Positions 37,793 through 46,091 of a DNA stretch of 64,000 nucleotides are shown in pieces. How positions within the stretch are numbered: position 1 is the first letter of the stretch; the number at the start of each line of letters is the position of its first letter. The notes under the pieces were generated by a model that worked only from the letters and a program-made list of their open reading frames with translations, was not told the origin of the DNA and ran no database searches. Both the position numbers and the translations under genes were made by a program. Source of the DNA: an uncultured Alphaproteobacteria bacterium (GTDB lineage: Bacteria > Pseudomonadota > Alphaproteobacteria > RF32 > CAG-239); contig CALXTF010000005.1 in assembly GCA_944391335.1 (NCBI GenBank), positions 7,076 to 71,075 on the forward strand, read 5' to 3'.

Positions 37793-39196
37793 TTAACTCA
37801 TACTGCGAATTAGTTTAATGACTTTATCCAATTTTGAAGCAGAAAGGGCTTTTTCCGCTTCTGGTAAAGTACGGGCAAATAGTTTTATTTCTTTTGGGGT
37901 CCCTCTGTCAATGCGCGTGACATTGATATTGAGTTCTTCCCATGTTTCAAACATATCCTCGGCGTTAATAATATTCCCGATTTGAATAATAACGAATGCG
38001 TCAACCATAAAATTCATTTCTGCCATATCTAGTTTATCAAGTAAAGCTTGTTTAGCAATATCTATTTTTCTTACAGGGGATATTCTGTGTGAACTTTCTG
38101 AAAACCATAAAGGTTCTTCATCATTAAATCTTTCTTCATCGGCCAACCAATCTCCAGGTTCTCTATCCAACATACACAAGCAGATACGATTTTCTGATAT
38201 ACCTATATAATCTATAACTGTATTTTTTATAGTGACGCGATTTATAACTTCATATCCTTTTTGTTTAATGATATCCATACAGGTTCCGGTTGGCTGGCGG
38301 GTAGAAATGGATACCGAAGCCGTATTTTTTTCTTTATATCGATTTTGATTTTCAGAAGCACGTTCTTTGGTTGATTGGTTATAATTTTGATTTGAACCTT
38401 GATTTCGATCTGTTCTTTTTGTTTCTCTTACATCTATGTTTTTCTCACGGCGACGTTCATGAGTATCTCTTCGATTTTCTCTGAAACGAATATTTTCTTC
38501 TCTATGTTCTTGGGGATGTATTTCATCTCTGTTTTTATCTGCTTCTTTTTTCTCTTCTTTTTGTGGACCTATATCAAAGCTGTCTATATCAAAGTCTATA
38601 TCATCAAAATCGTCATCAAATTTAAACAAAGCGTGTTCAAATTTTTGGGGTTCTGGTTGATTTTCGATAAGAGTTGTTGAACGGCGTACAGGTTTTATGG
38701 ATGGGGTATGAACAGGCATCACCGGTGTAACTACCGGAATATTAATAGGAGAAGCCGGTGCTTCTATTTGATTGTTTACGAGTGGACGTATGGCGCGGGG
38801 GCGAATTTCCTTATAAGATCTTTTTTTCTTAATGGGAGTTACGCCTGTATTAGTTGTAATAATTTTAACTGGATTGTAAAATAGAGTTTTAATTAACCGC
38901 CAGGGTAGACTGAGAACAAAAAAGATCATTTTTCCCCATGAGATTAAACTTAAAGCTATCCAACCTGTAAACCACAGAGGAATAAATGAAATAATTATTA
39001 AGACAAAAGCCCATTCTTTAGGTTCGGAAATAACCCAAGAGTTACACCATAAATCCCATGCTATTTGCCAATGTTCCATATTAAGAATATCAAAATGCCA
39101 GTTGCGGAGCATAATAACCCTAATGCTTTCCATAAAGAAAACACTCCATAGAAGTCCGACAAGTATGATACGGATAAGTATTAATAAGGGTTTCAA
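37793..39196 (-). CDS. Hypothetical membrane protein, cluster gene E. It has an N-terminal 'WHF' membrane domain, a Pro-rich and charged disordered linker, and a globular C-terminal domain.
   Basis: TTG start with AAGGAG 7 nt upstream. Three hydrophobic segments. 'PVVTPVMPVHTPSIKP', then 'DDDFDDIDFDIDSFDI' and an R/E/K-rich stretch. The C-terminal ~175 aa look ordered. It ends 13 nt before the T4CP start. Confidence 0.6.
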   Translation of the reverse strand: MKPLLILIRIILVGLLWSVFFMESIRVIMLRNWHFDILNMEHWQIAWDLWCNSWVISEPKEWAFVLIIISFIPLWFTGWIALSLISWGKMIFFVLSLPWRLIKTLFYNPVKIITTNTGVTPIKKKRSYKEIRPRAIRPLVNNQIEAPASPINIPVVTPVMPVHTPSIKPVRRSTTLIENQPEPQKFEHALFKFDDDFDDIDFDIDSFDIGPQKEEKKEADKNRDEIHPQEHREENIRFRENRRDTHERRREKNIDVRETKRTDRNQGSNQNYNQSTKERASENQNRYKEKNTASVSISTRQPTGTCMDIIKQKGYEVINRVTIKNTVIDYIGISENRICLCMLDREPGDWLADEERFNDEEPLWFSESSHRISPVRKIDIAKQALLDKLDMAEMNFMVDAFVIIQIGNIINAEDMFETWEELNINVTRIDRGTPKEIKLFARTLPEAEKALSASKLDKVIKLIRSMS

Positions 39197-39272
39197 TTAT
39201 ATCTCCTTGCTTATTTTTAGCATTTTACAACAAGAAATGTTAACAAGTGTTTTACATTATAGCATACTTTTT

Positions 39273-39797
39273 TTATTTGTCACCTGATTCTATTTTTTTA
39301 TGAAACGCTTGATTTTTTTGCTCAAAATTACTGCGGATTTTATTTGCGTTAAGGTCCTTTTTTTCTGTCGCTTGCGGCATTCGGCTTGAAATCATTTCTT
39401 CCATCATTTGTTGCGGGGTTTGTTTATTTACTTTTCCGCCGCCCATATTTTTTAATACAATATGCTCTGGTTCACTGGCATATTTGCGATTAATATAGTC
39501 GTTATACCAAAATATCGGGAACAGTATAATTTTGATGTAAGGTAATTTTTGTGCCTTTTTTAAGCCTAAAAACCAACAAGGAATGACCAGTATTAACATT
39601 ATCAAAAACATATATTCCGAAAATTGGTCGATAACACCGCCCCTATTCCAAAATTCGCTAATAATCAACCAGTAACGTTTTTCAAAAATATTAAAATGCC
39701 AAAAATAATTCATAATAAAATACACAAACCACAAGTAGAATGTTGTCCAACCTATGAAAATGAATATCCAACGCAAATACTTAATAAATTTTTTCAT
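39273..39797 (-). CDS. Hypothetical membrane protein, cluster gene D, whose N-terminal domain is paralogous to gene E
   Basis: 174 aa. The start lies 2 nt after the stop of gene C, with GAGGTA upstream. The first ~80 aa align without gaps to gene E, with W33-H34-F35 in both. Confidence 0.6.
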   Translation of the reverse strand: MKKFIKYLRWIFIFIGWTTFYLWFVYFIMNYFWHFNIFEKRYWLIISEFWNRGGVIDQFSEYMFLIMLILVIPCWFLGLKKAQKLPYIKIILFPIFWYNDYINRKYASEPEHIVLKNMGGGKVNKQTPQQMMEEMISSRMPQATEKKDLNANKIRSNFEQKNQAFHKKIESGDK

Positions 39798-39799
39798 AA

Positions 39800-41485
39800 T
39801 TATCTACCTCTATAGGGTTGATACAAATTATTTTTATTTGTTGTGTTAGATTTGTTATTTGCAAGGGTATTAGTTTTGTTTTTTGTATTATGTTTTGCTT
39901 TTATCTGTTCTATTCTTTTTTTGGTAGGACTGTTATTGTGATTGTTGTATTTGGTATTATTGTCATTTAACCTTTCGTTTATGTTATCTAACTCTTTTTG
40001 TTTTTTTTGATCAAATTTTTTATGACTTTTTGCTTCATCGCACAAATCACGAGGAAGTGGACGGTTCTTGTTTTTGTTATCTTTTTTATTGTCTCTATCG
40101 TCTCTTTCATCTTCTTTGTCGTCTCTATCCTCTTTTTCATCCTCTTTATCATCTTTACCATTGTCATGATGTTTCTGATTGAGAGCTTTTTTTATGGCGT
40201 CTTCATATTCTTTAAGTTCTTTGTTGGGAGCAGGATTTCCTCCTAGCTCGGCTATTTGAGAATTGGCAATATTTTCTTTAACTCTTTTTAAAGCTTCTTC
40301 GGCCAATTTACTATAATGTTCGAGTTTTTCTTCTTTAATGATTTTGACTGATTTACCGTTTACTTTATTATCTTTTTCTTGATTCGTTGCTTTAGTGATT
40401 TTACTGACATTATCATTGAATGTGTTTTTAAATAAACTGTCAATGTCTTTTCCATCCAGAGATTGTTGATCACGAGTCATCGCGTCTAAAATTTGGCTGG
40501 TGGATATTTTAAGAGCTGTTTTTTCGACTCGGGTAATATATCTGCTATTATCTCTTTCTCTTTTAGCAAAGTCAGCACCGATTTTGCATAAATTTTCTTT
40601 AGCATCAAGCATAGCTTTGAGGCGTTTTTGAGTAGCTTCATATAAATCTTTTTTACTGCCGTCATTTTTTAACTCTTGCATTTTTTTATCGGCTATTTGC
40701 GGATCTTTTTTAACATCTTCTTCAGTTATACCAAGAGTTTGGTATGCTGCTTCTTTATTAGTTTGATATACTAAAGAAGTCTCTATGATTTCTTTGGTTT
40801 GAGGGTTTTTATCTGCTTGCAGTATATCTATACCCATAATATTGCATAATCTTTTAGCATCATTAGCAGAAGTTGCCGTTAATTTACCTTCAACGATCAT
40901 TTGACCGAGAGATTTAATTTCTTCCTCTCGTCTTTTAGCGCGTTCATCAATGGCTTTATCTTCTTGATCGCATAATTTATAGACTTTTTCAGAATTTTTA
41001 CTAAATTTACTATTTTCAAATTGTTTTTTGTCTTCTTCAGATAATTCTTTGGCATCTTTGTATCTTGCTTTTAGCCAATAATAGCCATTGGCTAATCCCT
41101 CTTCAAGCTTTTTGCCTGCCCAACAAAATAGAGCAATCAACCATTCATTATACATATAGTTGATTATATCATCTTCTTTAAATTTATCAGGATCTTCTTC
41201 TTGCTTATGATAATTGTTATTATGAGTTTGTTTGGTTTGACCGCTGTCGCCGTTTAGTTTTTTTTGTTCCTGTTCTAAAGCATGTCTTTCATCAGCGGTA
41301 AGCATTCCTTTTAAGGAGTTAGAGATTCTTTGCTGTCTTTCAGACGCGCTTTCATTAACCGACAAAGGATTTTTATTGGCAGGAGCGAGACCGTCAACTT
41401 TTCCCTCTGCGAGTCCTCCGACTTTTTCTGGTTGAGGAGCTGTATAAGTTTCTGTTGTTGTACTTTTTATATTGTCTTCTGCCAT
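39800..41485 (-). CDS. Hypothetical highly charged K/E/D/N-rich protein, cluster gene C
   Basis: 561-aa ORF with AAAGGA upstream. Long predicted helical/coiled regions. Acidic repeat 'KDDKEDEKEDRDDKEDERDDRD'. Asn/Lys-rich tail. No family recognised. Confidence 0.55.
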   Translation of the reverse strand: MAEDNIKSTTTETYTAPQPEKVGGLAEGKVDGLAPANKNPLSVNESASERQQRISNSLKGMLTADERHALEQEQKKLNGDSGQTKQTHNNNYHKQEEDPDKFKEDDIINYMYNEWLIALFCWAGKKLEEGLANGYYWLKARYKDAKELSEEDKKQFENSKFSKNSEKVYKLCDQEDKAIDERAKRREEEIKSLGQMIVEGKLTATSANDAKRLCNIMGIDILQADKNPQTKEIIETSLVYQTNKEAAYQTLGITEEDVKKDPQIADKKMQELKNDGSKKDLYEATQKRLKAMLDAKENLCKIGADFAKRERDNSRYITRVEKTALKISTSQILDAMTRDQQSLDGKDIDSLFKNTFNDNVSKITKATNQEKDNKVNGKSVKIIKEEKLEHYSKLAEEALKRVKENIANSQIAELGGNPAPNKELKEYEDAIKKALNQKHHDNGKDDKEDEKEDRDDKEDERDDRDNKKDNKNKNRPLPRDLCDEAKSHKKFDQKKQKELDNINERLNDNNTKYNNHNNSPTKKRIEQIKAKHNTKNKTNTLANNKSNTTNKNNLYQPYRGR

Positions 41486-41571
41486 TTTTTTATCCTTTAA
41501 GCAAGAGTTTATTTATTACTGATATTCTAGCATATGTTTTTTGTTTTGTCTATATTTTTTTCTATTGTTTT

Positions 41572-42486
41572 TTATATTTTGAGTTTTTTCAGAAAATCTC
41601 CGATTTTTCTATTGTATATCAATCCATCGCGGGGGGTTGGTTTAATCAGACCAAAAAAGCGGGGTTTGATTTTGTCAAATTCAATCGGTGCAAAAATAGC
41701 CGGATTGGTCGTTAAGGCTTTAAAAGAACCTTCGGGATCTTTTAGAGCTGTTTTAAAGTAACCATTAATTAATCGTTCGGCGTTAATGGGAAATTTTTTC
41801 TTTTCTATAGCTTCTATGTATTTACGAGCGCGTTCTCCTCGGCGGCGGTGTTCGGCGATGATTTCTTCTTCTATTTTACGATGTTCATATTCTAAGAATC
41901 TTTTTTCATAGGCTATTTCGCAGCCTTCGATTTCAAATAATATTTCCACATAAGAAACAACCGCCAACTGTAAAAGATCATCGGTTTGTTGTTCCGCAAA
42001 ATCAAGTAATTCTTCATCAGAAGCATTTGGTTTTATTTTGATAATATCATCTTGGTATACTTCAAACATAACATCCCAGCCCTGGAGAACATCAAGGCTG
42101 ATAAGGTTGCCAAGTCCTTGAGTATAGTGAGGATATAAAACTTGGGCTTTGATGTGAAATACGGGAATTTTTATTTGGTTAGCATCAGCAATTTGAGTGA
42201 TGGCGTCTACATAATTACGGTAGGCAAGATACAGTTTTTGTTCAGCTAATTCTAGTGCGTCGACCACTTCTTCATCATTTGCGTTTTGATTTATAGGCGT
42301 TGGTTCGGGTTCTTCTAAGAAAAGGCGTGTGTTATTTTTTTCTTCTTCAATATTTTTTAATTCGGATTGGATGAAATCATCGAGTAAATGATTAAACTCA
42401 TCCTCATTGTCTGTGGATGAAGTCTCCATTTTACTGGGAACATCGGCTGTCAATTTTTGAATAATATCATCAGTATCTTCGCTCAT
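41572..42486 (-). CDS. Hypothetical acidic cytoplasmic protein, cluster gene B
   Basis: The ATG at 42486 is preceded by GAGGTA. Acidic N-terminal ~80 aa followed by a mixed alpha/beta body. No family recognised. Confidence 0.55.
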   Translation of the reverse strand: MSEDTDDIIQKLTADVPSKMETSSTDNEDEFNHLLDDFIQSELKNIEEEKNNTRLFLEEPEPTPINQNANDEEVVDALELAEQKLYLAYRNYVDAITQIADANQIKIPVFHIKAQVLYPHYTQGLGNLISLDVLQGWDVMFEVYQDDIIKIKPNASDEELLDFAEQQTDDLLQLAVVSYVEILFEIEGCEIAYEKRFLEYEHRKIEEEIIAEHRRRGERARKYIEAIEKKKFPINAERLINGYFKTALKDPEGSFKALTTNPAIFAPIEFDKIKPRFFGLIKPTPRDGLIYNRKIGDFLKKLKI

Positions 42487-42494
42487 TTTATACC

Positions 42495-42776
42495 TCAATT
42501 TGTCGTAATTGTTGAAATAATTTCATAATTTTGTGGGTTTAAAATAAATATTTTATCTTTATTGGTGTCTTTTACTAATATGTATAGTGCGTTTTGTGTC
42601 GCGTTTATTTGTTTAATTCTGCCGTCTTTTGCTTCAGGAAGTGTAATTTGGGGAGGAATTGTCGATTTTGAAGACTTAAATCCTCCTGCCAATTGTCCGA
42701 TTATGAATAATAATCCAAAAACAATTAGAAATGTCATAATAAAAACGATTATTTTCAGTATTTTTAGTTTTATCAT
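42495..42776 (-). CDS. Hypothetical small single-pass membrane protein, cluster gene A
   Basis: 93 aa with an N-terminal TM helix ('IIVFIMTFLIVFGLLFIIGQL') and a short beta-rich ectodomain. Its stop lies 9 nt upstream of the gene B start. Confidence 0.5.
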   Translation of the reverse strand: MIKLKILKIIVFIMTFLIVFGLLFIIGQLAGGFKSSKSTIPPQITLPEAKDGRIKQINATQNALYILVKDTNKDKIFILNPQNYEIISTITTN

Positions 42777-42857
42777 ATACTTAAAAATCCTTGCATTTTT
42801 ATAAATAATCTATATACATCAAATATCATTATACAACATAAATTTTATTTCGCAAAC

Positions 42858-43847
42858 ATGAATATGGATATTGGCAACATATTTTTTACTTCTCCTGCTT
42901 CCGGTGAGCAAAGGTTAGATGTTTTTTTACGAGAAGTTATGCCTGATTTTTCTCGTTCCAGATTACAGAAATTAATTGTATCCGGAAATGTTAGTTTAGA
43001 TGAAACGATTATAACGGATAAAGATTTTAGAGTTCAAAAAGGTGATTGCTTTACTGTTTTTGTCCCTCCTGCCGAAGAAGCGCAGCCCATGGCGGAAAAT
43101 ATTAAAATTGATGTGGTGTATGAAAATGAAGATTTAATTGTGGTTAATAAACCGGCGGGAATGACCGTTCATCCTGCCCCGGGGGCTTATCATGGAACTC
43201 TTGTTAATGCTTTGCTCTATCATTGTCAAAACAATCTTTCCGGAGTTGGAGGGGTTAAAAGACCGGGGATCGTTCATAGAATAGATAAAGATACCAGCGG
43301 TCTTTTAGTGGTAGCTAAAAATGATTTTACACATCAGAAATTGGCAGAACAATTTTTTGAACATAGCATCGAACGAACTTATTATGCCGTGGTTTACGGA
43401 TGTCCGGAACCTCTAAATGGGACAATCGTTAAAAATATTGCCCGTAGCCGGTTCGACCGCAAAAAAATGGCTGTCGTTGAAAATAGTGGTAAAACGGCTG
43501 TTACTCATTATGAATGTTTAAAAACAAATAATGGAGCCGTTAGTTTGGTTAAATGTAATTTAGAAACAGGACGCACTCATCAAATAAGAGTCCATATGGC
43601 TTCCATAGGATGTAATTTGGTGGGTGATCAAGTTTATGTTAAAAATGGTAAAACTCAGATAAAGGGAATTGACGCTAAAGTAAAAGATTTCATTAATACC
43701 TTTCCAAGGCAGGCCCTTCATGCGGCTTCTTTAGGATTTGTTCATCCAAGAAGCGGAAAAAAACTTTATTTTGAAGTGGACTTCCCTCAAGATATGCTCC
43801 TACTTTTAGATAACTGTTCACTAAAATTAGGTACTTCCACAAAATAA
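42858..43847 (+). CDS. rluD: 23S rRNA pseudouridine synthase RluD family
   Basis: S4 domain ('RLDVFL..SRSRLQKLI') and the catalytic 'HRIDKDTSGLLVVAK'. Confidence 0.92.
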   Translation: MNMDIGNIFFTSPASGEQRLDVFLREVMPDFSRSRLQKLIVSGNVSLDETIITDKDFRVQKGDCFTVFVPPAEEAQPMAENIKIDVVYENEDLIVVNKPAGMTVHPAPGAYHGTLVNALLYHCQNNLSGVGGVKRPGIVHRIDKDTSGLLVVAKNDFTHQKLAEQFFEHSIERTYYAVVYGCPEPLNGTIVKNIARSRFDRKKMAVVENSGKTAVTHYECLKTNNGAVSLVKCNLETGRTHQIRVHMASIGCNLVGDQVYVKNGKTQIKGIDAKVKDFINTFPRQALHAASLGFVHPRSGKKLYFEVDFPQDMLLLLDNCSLKLGTSTK

Positions 43848-43907
43848 AAACCTAACCTACAAATATAACCGCCGTTGGTTAATAATTAAATGGTTGAGGA
43901 GGTTAGG

Positions 43908-44783
43908 ATGGATAATCAAATTTCTTTTGACGGCGTGGATTTCTCACCGGAAGTTAATCTGTCTCGATATTTACAAAATATTAAGCAGTTTCCAATTTTA
44001 TCACAAGAAGAAGAATATCTTTTGGCTAAGGAATATGTTAAAACGCGAGATGCTAAAATTTCTTATAAATTGGTGACTTCTCATTTGAGATTAGTGGTAA
44101 AAGTCGTATCAAAATTTCGAGGTTATGGCTTACCGGTTGCGGAAATGATTTCTGAAGGAAATATAGGTTTACTTTATGCTGTTGATAAATTTGATCCGGA
44201 TAAAGGATTCCGTTTTTCAACTTATGCTTTATGGTGGATTAGAGCCGCTGTTCAAAAATATGTTTTGAGTTCTTGGTCTTTGGTTAAAATTGGAACAACA
44301 GCCGCACAAAAAAAATTGTTTTTTAATTTGAGAAAAATGAAAAATCGATTTAATTTGGTTGATGATAGAGAAATGTCTCAAGAGATTATACAAAGTATCG
44401 CTCATTCACTTGATGTTAGTATGCAAGAAGTGACAGATATGAATACTCGACTTAAAGCACATGACGGATCGCTTAATATGCAAGTTGATACTTTTACCGA
44501 AGGTGGAACAGAATTGCTTGATTTTATTGCTGATTCTAAACCAAACCAAGAAGAATGGTTGTCAAGAACAGAAACATTTAATTATCGTAAAAAACTTTTT
44601 AAACAAGCTTTAAATTGCCTCAATCCCAGAGAAAAAGATATTTTGTTTAAACGTAGACTTTATGATAAATCAATAACTCTTGATGATTTAAGCAAACATT
44701 ATGCTATTTCTAAAGAACGCGTCAGACAAATCGAATTGAATTCTATTCGAAAAATCAGAAAAGCCGTTGAAGTTTTACAATAA
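43908..44783 (+). CDS. rpoH: RNA polymerase sigma-32 factor RpoH
   Basis: Regions 2-4 are present. The RpoH-box-like 'QKKLFFNLRKMK' is diagnostic of sigma-32. GAGGAGG lies upstream of the ATG at 43908. Confidence 0.93.
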   Translation: MDNQISFDGVDFSPEVNLSRYLQNIKQFPILSQEEEYLLAKEYVKTRDAKISYKLVTSHLRLVVKVVSKFRGYGLPVAEMISEGNIGLLYAVDKFDPDKGFRFSTYALWWIRAAVQKYVLSSWSLVKIGTTAAQKKLFFNLRKMKNRFNLVDDREMSQEIIQSIAHSLDVSMQEVTDMNTRLKAHDGSLNMQVDTFTEGGTELLDFIADSKPNQEEWLSRTETFNYRKKLFKQALNCLNPREKDILFKRRLYDKSITLDDLSKHYAISKERVRQIELNSIRKIRKAVEVLQ

Positions 44784-44809
44784 TTATTAGAAAATAACGC
44801 GGAGGGATA

Positions 44810-45370
44810 ATGCAAAATAATAATATGTATCGTTATATGCGTAATGAAGATTATCCGGAAGGGTTGTATGATAAAATAACGGGATTACCCAGCTTCAATT
44901 TGTTTGAAGATCGCTTGCAAATGGCTTTAATTAATGAAAAAGTAAAAGATGCTCGTTTTCGTCGTCTCAAAATTGCTGTTGTTGGTCTTAAAATCGAAAA
45001 TTTAGCTTCTTTTAGTGATGATACGCAAAATATTGTTCTTAAACAAACAGCAGATTCTATTTCACAATTATTACCCCAAAATTATACTCTTGCCCGTGGT
45101 ATTAATTATCAATTTTGGATTATGATGCCTTATCTGGAAAGTAAAGAGGAGGGGCGTCTTATGATTGAAAAAATTAAAACACTTGTAAGTCGTCAATTTC
45201 AATATCAAAATAAAACTTTCCAGCTTAATTGCCGAATCGGTGCTGTTTTATTTGAACATTCTCCGGAAGACAGTGTGTCAACTTTAATTGGTAAAGCTAT
45301 TTATGCTTTGCAGCAAGCTGAAGAGAATAATCAAACGCTTGTTTATTTTTCCGATTTAGTTAAAAGTTAA
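44810..45370 (+). CDS. Stand-alone degenerate GGDEF-domain protein
   Basis: 'DKITGLPSFNLFEDRL' (compare D.LTGLPNRR.F). 'LARGINYQFWIMM' sits where 'RxGGDEF' should be. 'IGAVLF' and 'AIYALQQAEENNQTLVYF' match the C-terminal GGDEF elements. Confidence 0.65.
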   Translation: MQNNNMYRYMRNEDYPEGLYDKITGLPSFNLFEDRLQMALINEKVKDARFRRLKIAVVGLKIENLASFSDDTQNIVLKQTADSISQLLPQNYTLARGINYQFWIMMPYLESKEEGRLMIEKIKTLVSRQFQYQNKTFQLNCRIGAVLFEHSPEDSVSTLIGKAIYALQQAEENNQTLVYFSDLVKS

Positions 45371-46091
45371 ATAAACTTTTCCCGTCTCGAAGAATATATT
45401 CACAAGCTTTTGTGTAGCTTCCATCCGGATTGTGTATAATAAAACCGGACATGATTTTGGTGGGAGCATGTGATGCTTTTCGAGCGCGTATTAATATTCT
45501 ATTGGCAGGTTGTCCTTCTTTAGAATAAAGAGGGATAATAGTAATATCTCCTACTTTTCCGTATAAGCAAGATAAAATACTGTCAAGAGCTTCCGTACGG
45601 TTAATGGTATAAAAATATCCTTTAGGACGTATCATTTTTAACGAAAAAGAAAGCCACCGCGGAAGATCGAATTGTTGAAAGTCATGGGCTAAGGCTTTAC
45701 TGAGATTAGGAGAGGGCATATACCCGTTACTGTAAGGGGGATTAGTAATAACATGATGGTAACTGCAATAAGTCATATTATTAATAGGATGTCTGATATC
45801 ACAATTTATATATTCAAGATTATTAAAGTTATTACTTTTGGCACTTAAATTAGATAATTCCGCTAAATAAGGTTGGATTTCCAATCCGGTGATTTTACAT
45901 TGAGGGAATCGATAAGCTAAACAAAGAGAAACAGCTCCTGTTCCCGATCCAATATCGAGTATTTGTTCTTTTGGGTGCGCGTTATCAATAAGTGCCGATA
46001 AAAATACAGCGTCAATGGAGGCATGGTAACCATTGTCTGGTTGATATATCTTTACTTTTTTGTTTAAAAGATAATTTTCTTTGTAACTCAT
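45360..46091 (-). CDS. SAM-dependent N6-adenine methyltransferase (TrmN6/YfiC-like)
   Basis: 'ILDIGSGTGAVSL' SAM motif I and the 'VITNPPY' catalytic motif. 243 aa. Confidence 0.78.
   Translation of the reverse strand: MSYKENYLLNKKVKIYQPDNGYHASIDAVFLSALIDNAHPKEQILDIGSGTGAVSLCLAYRFPQCKITGLEIQPYLAELSNLSAKSNNFNNLEYINCDIRHPINNMTYCSYHHVITNPPYSNGYMPSPNLSKALAHDFQQFDLPRWLSFSLKMIRPKGYFYTINRTEALDSILSCLYGKVGDITIIPLYSKEGQPANRILIRARKASHAPTKIMSGFIIHNPDGSYTKACEYILRDGKSLFNF

Noticed and set aside
37793-39196. Idea that gene E is a divergent VirB10 (TM region followed by a Pro-rich stretch).
   Set aside because: VirB10 has a single TM helix and a conserved C-terminal beta-barrel domain, whose signature I could not find. 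Gene E has about 3 N-terminal hydrophobic segments that are shared with gene D, and a different C-terminal sequence pattern.
35594-42776. Interpretation of the T4CP cluster as a recently integrated mobile element or ICE fragment.
   Set aside because: No integrase, relaxase, tRNA target, flanking direct repeats or compositional break was visible. The unknown genes are as AT-rich as, or more AT-rich than, the host background. I therefore did not annotate it as a mobile element.
42777-42857. Candidate divergent promoters (for example TTGCAT...TATATA) between T4CP-cluster gene A and rluD.
   Set aside because: The spacer lengths are off (14 nt, or 17 nt to a poor -10). In DNA this AT-rich, -10-like hexamers occur by chance everywhere. 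Without transcription start data this is not supportable.
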